Below, piece by piece: positions 1-9,914 of a stretch of 48,107 nt of DNA. A program made the translations under genes and the position numbers. The notes under the pieces are model-generated. The model was not told where the DNA came from and did not search any database. It was given only the letters and a program-made list of their open reading frames with translations. Source of the DNA: Bacteroidota bacterium (GTDB taxonomy: Bacteria; Bacteroidota; Bacteroidia; Flavobacteriales; Flavobacteriaceae); the NCBI GenBank assembly GCA_039414375.1, contig JBCDGY010000001.1, positions 1 to 48,107 on the forward strand. The letters run 5' to 3'. Position 1 is the first letter of the stretch. The number at the start of each line of letters is the position of its first letter.

Positions 1-39
1 AATCCTTATCAGTATATTACACTATTCCATATTAACTAT

Positions 40-1446
40 TTAAAAATCAGATATATACATATAATCATCATGTAATTCATAAAAAGGTGTTTGCCGTGTT
101 TCTCCGGTATTATTCTCGGTAGATATGCTGTAAACTACTTGTGCACCTTTATCGTGAACCAATTTAAAGTGTTGTAGAGGTTCGCTTGGCGCAAGATCTA
201 GAATCATTTCTTTGGTCTTCGTTTTCTGGTCGAAAGTAAAGTAGAAGATCACCTTGGCGGTATCATACGTCATTGCCGACAAAACTTCATGATCTATTTC
301 TAATTCTAAATGCCTTACCGCATACTGATGTACATCGATATCTGTAGTGACATCGATTAGCGCATTGCATTCTGACTTCGTTCGCCATGGTAAAGTTTTC
401 CGTTCCCCTGTGTTTTTCCATTCGGTGACCCGATAGCGCATAGGAGTATCTACATATATCGCATAAGGAAATGAAAGATGCACTACGTTTAAGTCGCTCG
501 TGCTACTTCGAAATTTTGTTGAGACGGTTATGATTTGCTCTCCTTGCACACTTTTGGCCTCAATCTCCACGGTCTTCATAAACAGATCAGGGCGAAGCCC
601 ATCTGTAAAATCATAGCAACGTACCTCAATACCTGCATAGGCTGGAGGTATTTGTTCGTTAAGGTCTATCTGTTGTACCGTTTTCGGATAGGCCTCCACA
701 TCAATATATATCGGTAAAACATCCGATCTTACTATCCTTTCTGCATTTATGGATTCCAGCATCTCCAAATTTTCACTTAGTTCGGAACGGAGTTGCGGGG
801 AACCCGAAAGTTCCCCAGCACTTTCCTCCATAAAGTTGGCATAATAGGTGTAAGACAGGCTAATGCTCAATTGTTTTTCTTGTATTTGGCGCCGAAGTAT
901 TTGCGATTCTTGTTCCGAAAGGCGGACGGCAAAGGTCCTTTCGATCCATGAGGAGCCTGATGCTTTAAGGCCTGTGTTACTACTGGCTTCTAAATTGCCT
1001 TTAACGACCACCTTGTCTTCATTAGTATCCAAAGGCGCCAATATCAATTGCGCTTGAATTTTCGATATCGGCAAAGGTGCCCAACGCACCCTGTTAAACC
1101 CTAGGGTTTCCTCAATACTTTTAAGCGTATCACTGCTCATTGGATCTCGGACAACCCCAAAGCTCACCAGGCTCATAAAACGCTTTTCACCAACATCGTT
1201 GGCACATGCTGTTCCGGTGTATCGCATATCCAAAAAATCAAACTCCGGAGCTCCACTCCCTGTTCGCTTCAACTGCAATCCAGAAGGTTCGTAGTACTTC
1301 CTTTGAGGGTCTTTATGATCTTTATAAATCGTAATTCCTGCTATTTTTTGACGCGAGCTAAAGTCAGGCTGTGCGGTTAAGCGATTTGAAATACTCAAAA
1401 GCACCAGAAAAATCACATTACCCATCCAGAAATCATATCTTCTCAT
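40..1446 (-). CDS. Secreted hypothetical protein, paralog 7 of the uncharacterised operon family (468 aa)
   Basis: Long ORF; signal peptide ending ...RLTA|Q; family N-terminal motif 'GITIYKDHKDPQRKYYEPSGLQL...PEFDFL..RY' shared with neighbours; beta-rich C-terminus. Confidence 0.85.
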   Translation of the reverse strand: MRRYDFWMGNVIFLVLLSISNRLTAQPDFSSRQKIAGITIYKDHKDPQRKYYEPSGLQLKRTGSGAPEFDFLDMRYTGTACANDVGEKRFMSLVSFGVVRDPMSSDTLKSIEETLGFNRVRWAPLPISKIQAQLILAPLDTNEDKVVVKGNLEASSNTGLKASGSSWIERTFAVRLSEQESQILRRQIQEKQLSISLSYTYYANFMEESAGELSGSPQLRSELSENLEMLESINAERIVRSDVLPIYIDVEAYPKTVQQIDLNEQIPPAYAGIEVRCYDFTDGLRPDLFMKTVEIEAKSVQGEQIITVSTKFRSSTSDLNVVHLSFPYAIYVDTPMRYRVTEWKNTGERKTLPWRTKSECNALIDVTTDIDVHQYAVRHLELEIDHEVLSAMTYDTAKVIFYFTFDQKTKTKEMILDLAPSEPLQHFKLVHDKGAQVVYSISTENNTGETRQTPFYELHDDYMYISDF

Positions 1447-1479
1447 AACCAGTCGTTGATCGTTGTAGCTGCTGCTTTC

Positions 1480-3813
1480 TTAATCTTCTAAATCGTTGTG
1501 CTCTGTGGGTGCCTTAGTTTCCGTGCTGTCCTTTTTGGAACTAAAAAGATCCCCAAGGGCTTCCAAACCTTTATCGATAAGATCTTCTTCATCACCAATG
1601 CCCAAAGAATCCTTCATTTTCTCTAAAAGACTGTCTTTAGCATTATCGATTAAATCGTCTTTTTTCTTGTTAGGAAAGAGTTGATTTATTTGGGTTTCTC
1701 CTAAGACCATTAGTTTTGAATCTGCTTTTATCCATTCACTGTTACGTATATCCCCATTAGGCATAATAAGCATCACTTGATAGTCATAAGACAGCGTCTT
1801 CCCTTGGGGTACAAAAAATTGGATTCCCGATATGCTCTGCCCATCTTCGGTAATTTGATGGGTTGGCAATTCCACTTCGGACAGGCCATTGGGATCGGCT
1901 TGTAATGACTTCATATTGAGCCTTATGAATTGCGCCCCTGAGTAGGATAAAGCATTCAAAACCTGAATCTCTACATTGGTGATTTCACTACCCGCAGTAC
2001 CGCCAATAATCTTCCTTTTCACCGTTTGGTTGCAAGCGGTACAACCTTCCTCCAAATCATAGTTTAGCCAAATACCCTTTACCACGGCTTGTGAAATGGC
2101 CGCTAAAATAGTAGGATTGGTAATTTTAAAGGTTGCTCCTGGGTCAATCTTTTGTCTTCCTAATTCGTGACGTTCAAAGGTCAAACGACCACTACGTTTT
2201 TTAAGCACCGTAAGCTGTGAAGGAAATATGGGATAATCCAAGTAGTTGGCCCATCCCCGCTGCAAATCGGAGGCCGTGTCAAACTTTATTTGACCAAAGG
2301 TATCGGAGCTATTGACTTTTAACTGAATAGGCACCTCTCTTACTGCGGTACTATCGCCATAGGGTTTAAACTGCATCATAGCCGTCATTTGTGTACTAAG
2401 CATCGCATTTACAAAATCATCGATATTGCTATCCATCCGCCAATCGAGCACTATAGGCTGCTTGTAATCCGAAGGGATATTGGTACCGACACTCTCTGGT
2501 GCTATTTGAAATCGCGACAATAAACCTCCAAAATCAACCTGAGGAACATCACGAAGGTCCAAAGGCAACAAAGTCACCCGCTTTCTCAAACTTTGGGAGA
2601 GTAATTGTTCCGCCCATTCAATCTCTTCACCTTTAAGGCCGGAGGTAACTTCCATATTCAATAATACGCTACCACGGGCGTTCCCTTCGGAGGACATATA
2701 GAATACATTAAAGGCATAATCATTGGCCCTAGCATCCCACTGTAACGTAAACCGTTTGGGTAAATAGTAATACACATTAGACTTGTTGTTTTGGTCACGG
2801 TAAAACTCCCGATGTAGGTTAAAGGTTTCCCGCATCATCTCCATCTGAGAAACACCAGGAAAGGTCTCTGCCAAAGCAACATCTGGCCCTCTCCGGTCGG
2901 TATCTTTGGCATCCGCAGTAGCGATAGGTGTCATCCTAATAAGTCCTGCATTTTGTAAAATGTTGGGTTTTACAATTGCCGTAGTCACATTACCTGACGA
3001 AAAGAGACTAGCAACCGAAGCCGACCTAAATGCCATCACATTATAGCGCACTCCTTGTGGAATAGGCTTGCGGTTTTGATTGTAGACCGTCCATCGACTT
3101 CCATTGTACCACACCCCAGTACTATTAGGATTGTAAACTCCTTTCCAATGTTGGGTAGCAAATAAAGTTGAATTTTTGGCAATAGCTTTGGGTGCTGTTA
3201 TCTTACTAATATGCCCATTGGAGGTGTTTTTATAGACAAAGGCTTGGAGCGACAAATTCCCCAATTTGGTAGTTCCAGGATTTAGCACAACAACGTTAAA
3301 CTTGGTACCTATTGGCATTGGCTTTTTGACCTCTTCATTGAAGATTTTCCACTTACTACCTGCATAATAGACGCCTACCTTTGACGTATTGTACTTCCCG
3401 TAGCGCTGTGTAATAAAAACCATTGCATTGGGCTTAGCATTGGTTAAGGCGGTGTTAAGTGTAGTGATATGCGCATTACTATTGTTACTCGTAGTAGTAT
3501 GCACAAAAACATTTGCTCTACTTTGTGGTAGTACCAAGATGTTATACTTAGCCTTTAAGGGCATGGCTTTGCGATTTTGATTAAAAATCTTCCACTTTCC
3601 GTTGCTGTACCAAACACCAACTTCGTTGACATTGTAGACACCGTAATTATGATCTATAATCAATACTGCATTGGGCTTTCCATTGGTATGTGGAGAGTTG
3701 ATAGTGGTGATATGCCCCGAGGTATTTCCGGAGGCAGTGGTATGCGTTACAATGGCCTGCCCATGTATACCCAAGGTGAGGCACATAAAAAGTATTATGA
3801 CTAAATTTTTCAT
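1480..3813 (-). CDS. Secreted protein with three N-terminal ~80-aa beta repeats (DUF7452-like) fused to a divergent copy of the operon family core (777 aa)
   Basis: Signal peptide ...GIHG|Q; three repeats of 'HITT..N..PNA...YN...GVWY.g.kW.IFNQN.K.MP....YNV'; core motif 'FYRDQNNKSNVYYYLPKRFTL'. Confidence 0.85.
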   Translation of the reverse strand: MKNLVIILFMCLTLGIHGQAIVTHTTASGNTSGHITTINSPHTNGKPNAVLIIDHNYGVYNVNEVGVWYSNGKWKIFNQNRKAMPLKAKYNILVLPQSRANVFVHTTTSNNSNAHITTLNTALTNAKPNAMVFITQRYGKYNTSKVGVYYAGSKWKIFNEEVKKPMPIGTKFNVVVLNPGTTKLGNLSLQAFVYKNTSNGHISKITAPKAIAKNSTLFATQHWKGVYNPNSTGVWYNGSRWTVYNQNRKPIPQGVRYNVMAFRSASVASLFSSGNVTTAIVKPNILQNAGLIRMTPIATADAKDTDRRGPDVALAETFPGVSQMEMMRETFNLHREFYRDQNNKSNVYYYLPKRFTLQWDARANDYAFNVFYMSSEGNARGSVLLNMEVTSGLKGEEIEWAEQLLSQSLRKRVTLLPLDLRDVPQVDFGGLLSRFQIAPESVGTNIPSDYKQPIVLDWRMDSNIDDFVNAMLSTQMTAMMQFKPYGDSTAVREVPIQLKVNSSDTFGQIKFDTASDLQRGWANYLDYPIFPSQLTVLKKRSGRLTFERHELGRQKIDPGATFKITNPTILAAISQAVVKGIWLNYDLEEGCTACNQTVKRKIIGGTAGSEITNVEIQVLNALSYSGAQFIRLNMKSLQADPNGLSEVELPTHQITEDGQSISGIQFFVPQGKTLSYDYQVMLIMPNGDIRNSEWIKADSKLMVLGETQINQLFPNKKKDDLIDNAKDSLLEKMKDSLGIGDEEDLIDKGLEALGDLFSSKKDSTETKAPTEHNDLED

Positions 3814-3824
3814 GATGCTTGTTT

Positions 3825-5294
3825 TTAAAAGGCGATATAATAGGCCTCAGGTTCAGAAAGCTCCCTTGTTGCAAGCGCATTTTGGTCGCGCATGAACTCT
3901 TCATAGGTACGGGTGTAGGTCGATCCGCTGTTGGAAGATCTAAAGGTGGTCATGCCCTCTTCCCAAGGATCTTGTATGGTTAAAATAGTACCCCCTGGGG
4001 TACCATCGCCACGCATTGCCGATACCACGACTACATGGGCACCATTGTTTACTTCTGTGGCTGCCCAAAGCGGCCCTTGTGCCAATACCTGAGCAAAACC
4101 TTCCACGGTATAGCTCTGCCCGTGTTCGTATTGAAGTCCCCAAATACTAAACATCTCTAGGTTATCGGGAGGTAAGCTATTGTTGTAAAAGAATTCTCCC
4201 CAACCGCCTTCGCCGCCTGCAATATCACGGGGGTTCATACTCAGATTCTCGCGCCAACCTACGATCATAGCAGCTGCGGCTGCCCAACAAGACAACCGGC
4301 TTGTTTGGGGTACGAGGTTGACATTGTATGTAATGTCTATAGCTACACTTTCATCAGAGGATAGCACCGTTTCGTTGCGATCCCCTGCATCATTTGAAGC
4401 GGTACTGCTACTACTTTCACTGCTGGAAGATCCAGAGGAACAGGCAGTAGGATACAAGGTGTTGATCCCTCTAATATCTGTAGCACTTAAGGCGTCTAAT
4501 TGCCCGATAGTAACCCCACTGCGCTTGGGGGTGATGGTGGTCATTGGGCGCCCAGTGCTTGGTGAAATCCTACCGAATGCTGTTGGTCCATAGTGCATAA
4601 TAGACCCATAATCATAAGCCCCAATATTTTGCCCTTCAGGGAAGAAATAATGCCAAATACCTTGGTTGTACTTTTCAAAATTATGGCCTTTCCCAGGGAT
4701 AATATTGGCGGTATTCACGGTTACATAGCGATCGCGATCATCACGACTCTGCTCATGGTAAAAACCCAGTGCATGCATTATTTCATGAGCTGCACTACCG
4801 CGTGTTTTAGACCCACAACGATCTCCAAGCCTTATAAACTGCCTTCCGCCGGCGGGTCGTTTCCCAATACGAGAACTACCACAAATACCAGACACGAAGA
4901 TAAACTCCACATAATCCGCTTCAGAGCCACGAGGGGTAATACATACATTGGTGCTGGTGTTGATGTGGTTGATGGCCCAAAGGATATCAGCCCGATTAGG
5001 ATGGCCGCTGGCAATCACATAAGGTACGCTACCTCCCGGCCATTTAAAATCATCGTCTGTGCTAGCAGCAGCGCCTCGACCACTGCGTTCGATCTCAATA
5101 TCTCCTTGATACAACAGCATACCATTTTCTTCTTCTACCGTAATGGTTACATCATTACCACGGCTAAAAGGCATTTTTGTGGTTACCTGACGGGTATTGT
5201 TGGTTGTGGATTCCTCTTCTTGTGCCGTAGTCCAAAATGGAGCCAAAACAGCTAAGAGTATATATCCAAATATAATTTTTGTACGTGTTTTCAT
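3825..5294 (-). CDS. Secreted astacin (M12A) zinc metalloprotease fused to a C-terminal papain-like (AvrRpt2/C70-like) cysteine protease domain (489 aa)
   Basis: Signal peptide; propeptide 'YQGDI'; HEIMHALGFYHEQSR (HExxHxxGxxHE); Met-turn SIMHYG; Ser-rich linker; then 'LVPQTSRLSCWAAAAAM...HVVVV...IQDPW' (Cys/His/Asp). Confidence 0.9.
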   Translation of the reverse strand: MKTRTKIIFGYILLAVLAPFWTTAQEEESTTNNTRQVTTKMPFSRGNDVTITVEEENGMLLYQGDIEIERSGRGAAASTDDDFKWPGGSVPYVIASGHPNRADILWAINHINTSTNVCITPRGSEADYVEFIFVSGICGSSRIGKRPAGGRQFIRLGDRCGSKTRGSAAHEIMHALGFYHEQSRDDRDRYVTVNTANIIPGKGHNFEKYNQGIWHYFFPEGQNIGAYDYGSIMHYGPTAFGRISPSTGRPMTTITPKRSGVTIGQLDALSATDIRGINTLYPTACSSGSSSSESSSSTASNDAGDRNETVLSSDESVAIDITYNVNLVPQTSRLSCWAAAAAMIVGWRENLSMNPRDIAGGEGGWGEFFYNNSLPPDNLEMFSIWGLQYEHGQSYTVEGFAQVLAQGPLWAATEVNNGAHVVVVSAMRGDGTPGGTILTIQDPWEEGMTTFRSSNSGSTYTRTYEEFMRDQNALATRELSEPEAYYIAF

Positions 5295-5312
5295 TGTTTC
5301 CCAGTGTTATGG

Positions 5313-7238
5313 TTATAAAAATCGATCGATGTCTATTCTACCGTAGTTAGAGCTTCGCTTTTCAGAGGTAACCGGATCGCTACCCTTTACAAAATAGGTG
5401 ACCTCGTACTCGTACTCCTCCGTATCATGCGGAAGTAATACTTGCAAGGTTTCACTAAGCTCTTCTTTGTTGGTTTTTAAATTGGCGATGTGTACTTCAT
5501 TGCGATCGCCTAGTTTACTGTAGATTTTCACTTCCAAGGCGCGAATGTTTTCGTCTAGTGTAAAGTCCCCATCTACTTCTATGTAAACCGGTTTTTTAAC
5601 GATAGGCGGCTCTAGCGCAATACTACCAAACTGGGTAGTTTCCCAATCACTTTCCACAGCATGGTTACCTCTAAAACTCCAAAGGGTTTTAAAATCGTAG
5701 CTCAACCATTCATCGCGATTGGTATCACCATTCCAACCATATTGCATCTTAAAAAAGTTACCATTACTATTGAATTCATTCTTATCAATTTTAAGCTCTT
5801 GTACAGTCTCCTCACCATTACCATGCGCCTTACGCATCACGACATTCACAAAATTGACGTGTTCAAAATCCGAAGCATTGGTACCTCCTAAAGAAGCGTT
5901 TACTTCCCGCTGTTTCATCAAAGGATCATCGGTATTCACTTCTCTAAAACAAGCTACACAGGCGCTTTTGACATTGCCCAGGTTATAGTCAAAAGGCAAC
6001 GTACGCGTGGTCTCGGTATATTTATTCAAATCAACTTTATACTTGCCTGTTCTTTTGGTTTTTTTCATTTGATAAGAAACGGCCACTGCAAGGCTAGGCA
6101 TGGCTTCCCTTTCTGGAGTTTCTGTTTCGGAATCTTCTTCGCTTACTGGCGGGCTAATATCCTGCCTTGCGATAGGCGGGTGTCCTCCAGAGGAACGTAC
6201 CTCATCTGCCCTACTCTGGGCTCCTTGCCGACGATTGCGCTCTTGTGTTCTTCTGGTTCGCTCCAATTGATCGATACGGTTATTGGCTTCTCTGGTTTCT
6301 TGCCGAGCTGTTTGCAACTGAGCCGTAGCGCGATCCAACATGCTCTTTTCATTATCAGGTAATAACTCGCTAAGTTGTGGAACACCAGTACCGCCTACTT
6401 TATCAAAAATCAGATTGATCAATTGGTTATAAGCAGTCTCTTTCATTTTGTCGAGCTCCTCATCGTCCCCTACTTGGGTAACTTTTATAGCTCCCGAATC
6501 AAAAAGATCGTCGAAGGCCGCTTTGATTTCTGCGGAAAGCACCGGCATAGCCGCTGCAGCCTCAAAAGTGTGGTGCTTATAGATACGTTCAAAATCGGCT
6601 TCTATAAGGACACGTTTGGGGGAGAGGTAACCCTCCACTTCCATCTCAAAATGAACACTAAAATCAGGGGTTGGGGTATTAAAGGTTTCCCATAAAATTT
6701 TAGACCCTAACTTGTTAAGATGTACAGATACTGCGGACCGCTGATTCTCTAAAATAGGAGCGTTTCCCAGACCTACTACCTTGGATTCAAAATCACCATT
6801 GGGTTTGGCTATAGATGAGATTAAGGCCACGGTTCCAGACTTAAAAACAACTGGCCCAACAATCTTTCCTTTTTTATCAATTTTGGCCAAGTCTTTGGCT
6901 GCTTTGGTGATCATGGCGTCCGTTACTTTAAGCTCCACTAAAGCATGTACGATACCTCCGCCAATACTACTCTCACTAATACCTGTGTTTACTGCTGGAT
7001 CGGTATCTTCATTTTTCACATAGCGTAGAAATGAAAATATTGGGGTCTCATCGGGGTGATTCGCCAAACGTGGCTTGTCTGGCAAGTAATAATAATTGCC
7101 TTTCCCATCTAAATCAGGGAAGAGGATCAACTCACCTGCCCGAATGGGTTTGTCTAACAATATTTTCTGCGCACCCAGGTTTAGGGTAGTTAGCAAGAAT
7201 AAGCCTGCCAACAGTGCTATTTGTACTATAGATTTCAT
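5313..7238 (-). CDS. Secreted hypothetical protein, operon family paralog (641 aa)
   Basis: Signal peptide ...NLGA|Q; 'YYYLPDKPRLA...PIFSFLRYV', 'GGGIVHALV', 'GNAPILEN', 'DDPLMKQREV'. Confidence 0.88.
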   Translation of the reverse strand: MKSIVQIALLAGLFLLTTLNLGAQKILLDKPIRAGELILFPDLDGKGNYYYLPDKPRLANHPDETPIFSFLRYVKNEDTDPAVNTGISESSIGGGIVHALVELKVTDAMITKAAKDLAKIDKKGKIVGPVVFKSGTVALISSIAKPNGDFESKVVGLGNAPILENQRSAVSVHLNKLGSKILWETFNTPTPDFSVHFEMEVEGYLSPKRVLIEADFERIYKHHTFEAAAAMPVLSAEIKAAFDDLFDSGAIKVTQVGDDEELDKMKETAYNQLINLIFDKVGGTGVPQLSELLPDNEKSMLDRATAQLQTARQETREANNRIDQLERTRRTQERNRRQGAQSRADEVRSSGGHPPIARQDISPPVSEEDSETETPEREAMPSLAVAVSYQMKKTKRTGKYKVDLNKYTETTRTLPFDYNLGNVKSACVACFREVNTDDPLMKQREVNASLGGTNASDFEHVNFVNVVMRKAHGNGEETVQELKIDKNEFNSNGNFFKMQYGWNGDTNRDEWLSYDFKTLWSFRGNHAVESDWETTQFGSIALEPPIVKKPVYIEVDGDFTLDENIRALEVKIYSKLGDRNEVHIANLKTNKEELSETLQVLLPHDTEEYEYEVTYFVKGSDPVTSEKRSSNYGRIDIDRFL

Positions 7239-7248
7239 AAGGTTCTTT

Positions 7249-9246
7249 TTATTTGGATTCTTCTTCAGATTTTACCACGCTTATCACGTCCTTAAACTTG
7301 TCTAGGATTTCAGCAGCCTTGGTTACTTTTCCATCGCTGCCAGGCTTTAAGATGACTTCTCCTGCTCTTACAATTTTTTCGAGATAGTCGGGATCTTCGT
7401 CCTTTAATTCTGAAGGGATGGTGGCGTAGACATAATCATCATTGATTTTTACTTCCCACTCATTTGGGGGTATTACCATTTTCCCCTGTTCTTTATGGTT
7501 GAGGATATAGCGATAGGCATAGCCCTGGGTATCGCGGTCGGTAAAAATGGTTTTTTCGGTTAAGGGCTCCCCTTTAGAGACCGTGATCGGGATATTGGTT
7601 TCTACCTCATTCCCAAACTTGGAATACCGTAATTGCAAGGTTGCCCTAGTAATCCCCAAACCACGAAGCTCCTCTAGATCTGCTTCAAATTCAATGGTTC
7701 TCGGCACTATTGGAGGTGCTAAGGTTACCCCCTCCCAATCTCCATCAATCCACTGCGGTTCCTGAGGATAGAGGTTACCTCCTTTTAAACTCCATTGGGT
7801 TTTGTATTTATACCCATCGGAGTTAGTATCGTTACCACGCGCGTAGCTTACCGAAGCTTTAAGTCCTTCTTTTTTAAGGTGTTCGTAATCTATAGTAACA
7901 TAGCTTTCAAAATCATTTTCAGAGTCACGCTCTTTCTTAATGTTGACGGTGGCATAGTTGGCTTCCCCAGTTTCTAGTAACGCTTTGGCCTCATTATCCA
8001 GAATAAAATTGATGTCACGATGTTGAAAGAAAGGATCATTCAAAATAATGGAGGTGACACACTTTTCGTTGTCTTTGACTCCGTTGTACCAACTTGCCAA
8101 ATTCCCAGTAACCGTAAAGGGTTTTTCAACAGCCAATCGAAGGTCTAGGCGGTACACTTGCTTTCCCTTTTTAAAGGATTTTTCCAAATAGGAACGGTTA
8201 AAGGTGTATTTTTTGCCGTATTTGATATTGGGCATAGCCTCTTTCTCTTTCTTGGTTGGGGGTACCAAATCAGCCATTTCTGTAGATGCGGTCATCTTCT
8301 TTAAAAAGAAATCGAAAAACGCTTCTCTTACTTTTTCTATTCGACTATCAACCAGGTTTTCGTCCCAATCAATTTTGATGTACTCTTTCTCCACCATACT
8401 ATCGATTACGGAACGGGCTTCGTCATAGCTAACGCTATCCAAACTGGATCGCCTACCAAATAAGACATCGCCTAAACCGCCAAAAATGCCCCCACGCCTT
8501 TTTTTACTGCTATAGGACTTGTACTCCGCGAAGTCTTCGGAATATTCTTGTTGCATCTTACTCCAGTTGACAGTTACACGTCCCTTAGCTGCGGGGATGC
8601 GAGTGGTATAGCGATAACTAAGTTCTACAGAGAGATCGGCGATAGCCATATCCCTTTCGAAAGCAGCAGCCATTAGCTGTGCTCCTTCTGCACTAAGGGA
8701 AGATGCGACAGCGGATCGCCCTCCTTCTAATACTGGTGCACTAAAAGATTGTACTATTGAGCGTGCCAGCTTTTCATCGGACATGGTAGCCGAAATGATT
8801 TTTAAGGATCGGTCTCCATCAGGTTTAACTTCCATGGCTCCTAGGTATTTACTGCCGGACGGTGCACCCTGTTCTCCCTTCTTTAGAATTTGCTCCAATT
8901 CTGTGCGTTGTTCTGGGGTTAGGCCCCAGTGCATCAACATGTGAAGCAGTGCGCCATTGATACCACCATTGTCTAATTTCTCGTCTGTCATGTATTTGAG
9001 GAATAAGAATTCTGGGTAGCCTTCCGGATTTTGGGCCAAACGGAGGTTCGTCGGTAAGGCGCGATACCGTTTGGTTCTTCTATCTGAGAGACTAGCTGCC
9101 TCTCCAAACAGTACCACTTGGGTGCCGTCACTTAAGGTAATGCCCAATCGGTCCTGATCGTTAACGAGCTGAGCGTGGGTTTCTAAAAACCCTAATAGCA
9201 TACAGCAGACAAGGCTATACCATGCCTGTTTGATCGTTGTTCTCAT
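7249..9246 (-). CDS. Secreted hypothetical protein, operon family paralog (665 aa)
   Basis: Signal peptide ...ETHA|Q; 'YRALPTNLRLA...PEFLFLKY', 'GALLHMLMHWGLT', 'SAPVLEG', 'NDPFFQHRDI'. Confidence 0.88.
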   Translation of the reverse strand: MRTTIKQAWYSLVCCMLLGFLETHAQLVNDQDRLGITLSDGTQVVLFGEAASLSDRRTKRYRALPTNLRLAQNPEGYPEFLFLKYMTDEKLDNGGINGALLHMLMHWGLTPEQRTELEQILKKGEQGAPSGSKYLGAMEVKPDGDRSLKIISATMSDEKLARSIVQSFSAPVLEGGRSAVASSLSAEGAQLMAAAFERDMAIADLSVELSYRYTTRIPAAKGRVTVNWSKMQQEYSEDFAEYKSYSSKKRRGGIFGGLGDVLFGRRSSLDSVSYDEARSVIDSMVEKEYIKIDWDENLVDSRIEKVREAFFDFFLKKMTASTEMADLVPPTKKEKEAMPNIKYGKKYTFNRSYLEKSFKKGKQVYRLDLRLAVEKPFTVTGNLASWYNGVKDNEKCVTSIILNDPFFQHRDINFILDNEAKALLETGEANYATVNIKKERDSENDFESYVTIDYEHLKKEGLKASVSYARGNDTNSDGYKYKTQWSLKGGNLYPQEPQWIDGDWEGVTLAPPIVPRTIEFEADLEELRGLGITRATLQLRYSKFGNEVETNIPITVSKGEPLTEKTIFTDRDTQGYAYRYILNHKEQGKMVIPPNEWEVKINDDYVYATIPSELKDEDPDYLEKIVRAGEVILKPGSDGKVTKAAEILDKFKDVISVVKSEEESK

Positions 9247-9251
9247 AATTA

Positions 9252-9914
9252 TTAATGTATTAGTTGATAAAAATTGCGTTTTAATAAATGTGCTGATTCA
9301 TAGGCGACCCCTCGGGTGCCGTCCTTGTAATGCAGGGTGTAAGGCAACACTATGGTTACTTCTCTAAGGGTAGGACTACGCTCGCCCCAAGCTTTTTGAA
9401 AAGCTTCGGCGTCAGCACCTCTCATTTGAAAGGAGGCTGCCATTTGCGTATTGGGCGTTAAGGGTAGTTTCCCCATTTGCACCTTTGCATTTTGTAGTGC
9501 CTTAGCTAAGCTAGAAGACCCTTCGATGCGTGGCACCGCAGCCGTTTCCCAGGCAGGCATCATTGCACCCATCAATTGCACTGTTTTCCCTTGTTGTTGC
9601 ACCAACGTATCTTGCACCGCTGTCATCTGATCTTGGGTTAGCCCCCAGGTCAACAGAAAGTGGAAAATGACCACCGTCTCATTACCATCTTTATAGCTTA
9701 ACAGACTATAAGCAGGCTCTCCCTTCCTGGAAGTGGCAAAACGCAGCTGTATGGGTTCATAAAAAAAGTGATCGGGATTACTTTTTTGATGCAGCTGTAT
9801 GCTTAACCCGTTTTCCAATACCACCTCTTGTGATGCGGCGTCATATAAGCTTTGCCCTAACAATGGACTCCCAGAAGCTAGCATGATAAGCACTATAAAA
9901 ATGAGCTTTCTCAT
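9252..9914 (-). CDS. Secreted short paralog containing only the family N-terminal domain (220 aa)
   Basis: Signal peptide ...LLG|Q; 'FFYEPIQLRFA...GEPAYSLLSY', 'FHFLLTWGLT'; ATGA overlap with upstream gene. Confidence 0.85.
   Translation of the reverse strand: MRKLIFIVLIMLASGSPLLGQSLYDAASQEVVLENGLSIQLHQKSNPDHFFYEPIQLRFATSRKGEPAYSLLSYKDGNETVVIFHFLLTWGLTQDQMTAVQDTLVQQQGKTVQLMGAMMPAWETAAVPRIEGSSSLAKALQNAKVQMGKLPLTPNTQMAASFQMRGADAEAFQKAWGERSPTLREVTIVLPYTLHYKDGTRGVAYESAHLLKRNFYQLIH

Noticed and set aside
4593-5255. 220-aa plus-strand ORF
   Set aside because: Lies wholly antisense to the astacin gene and has no motifs; shadow ORF, like the many other 60-200 aa antisense ORFs in the track
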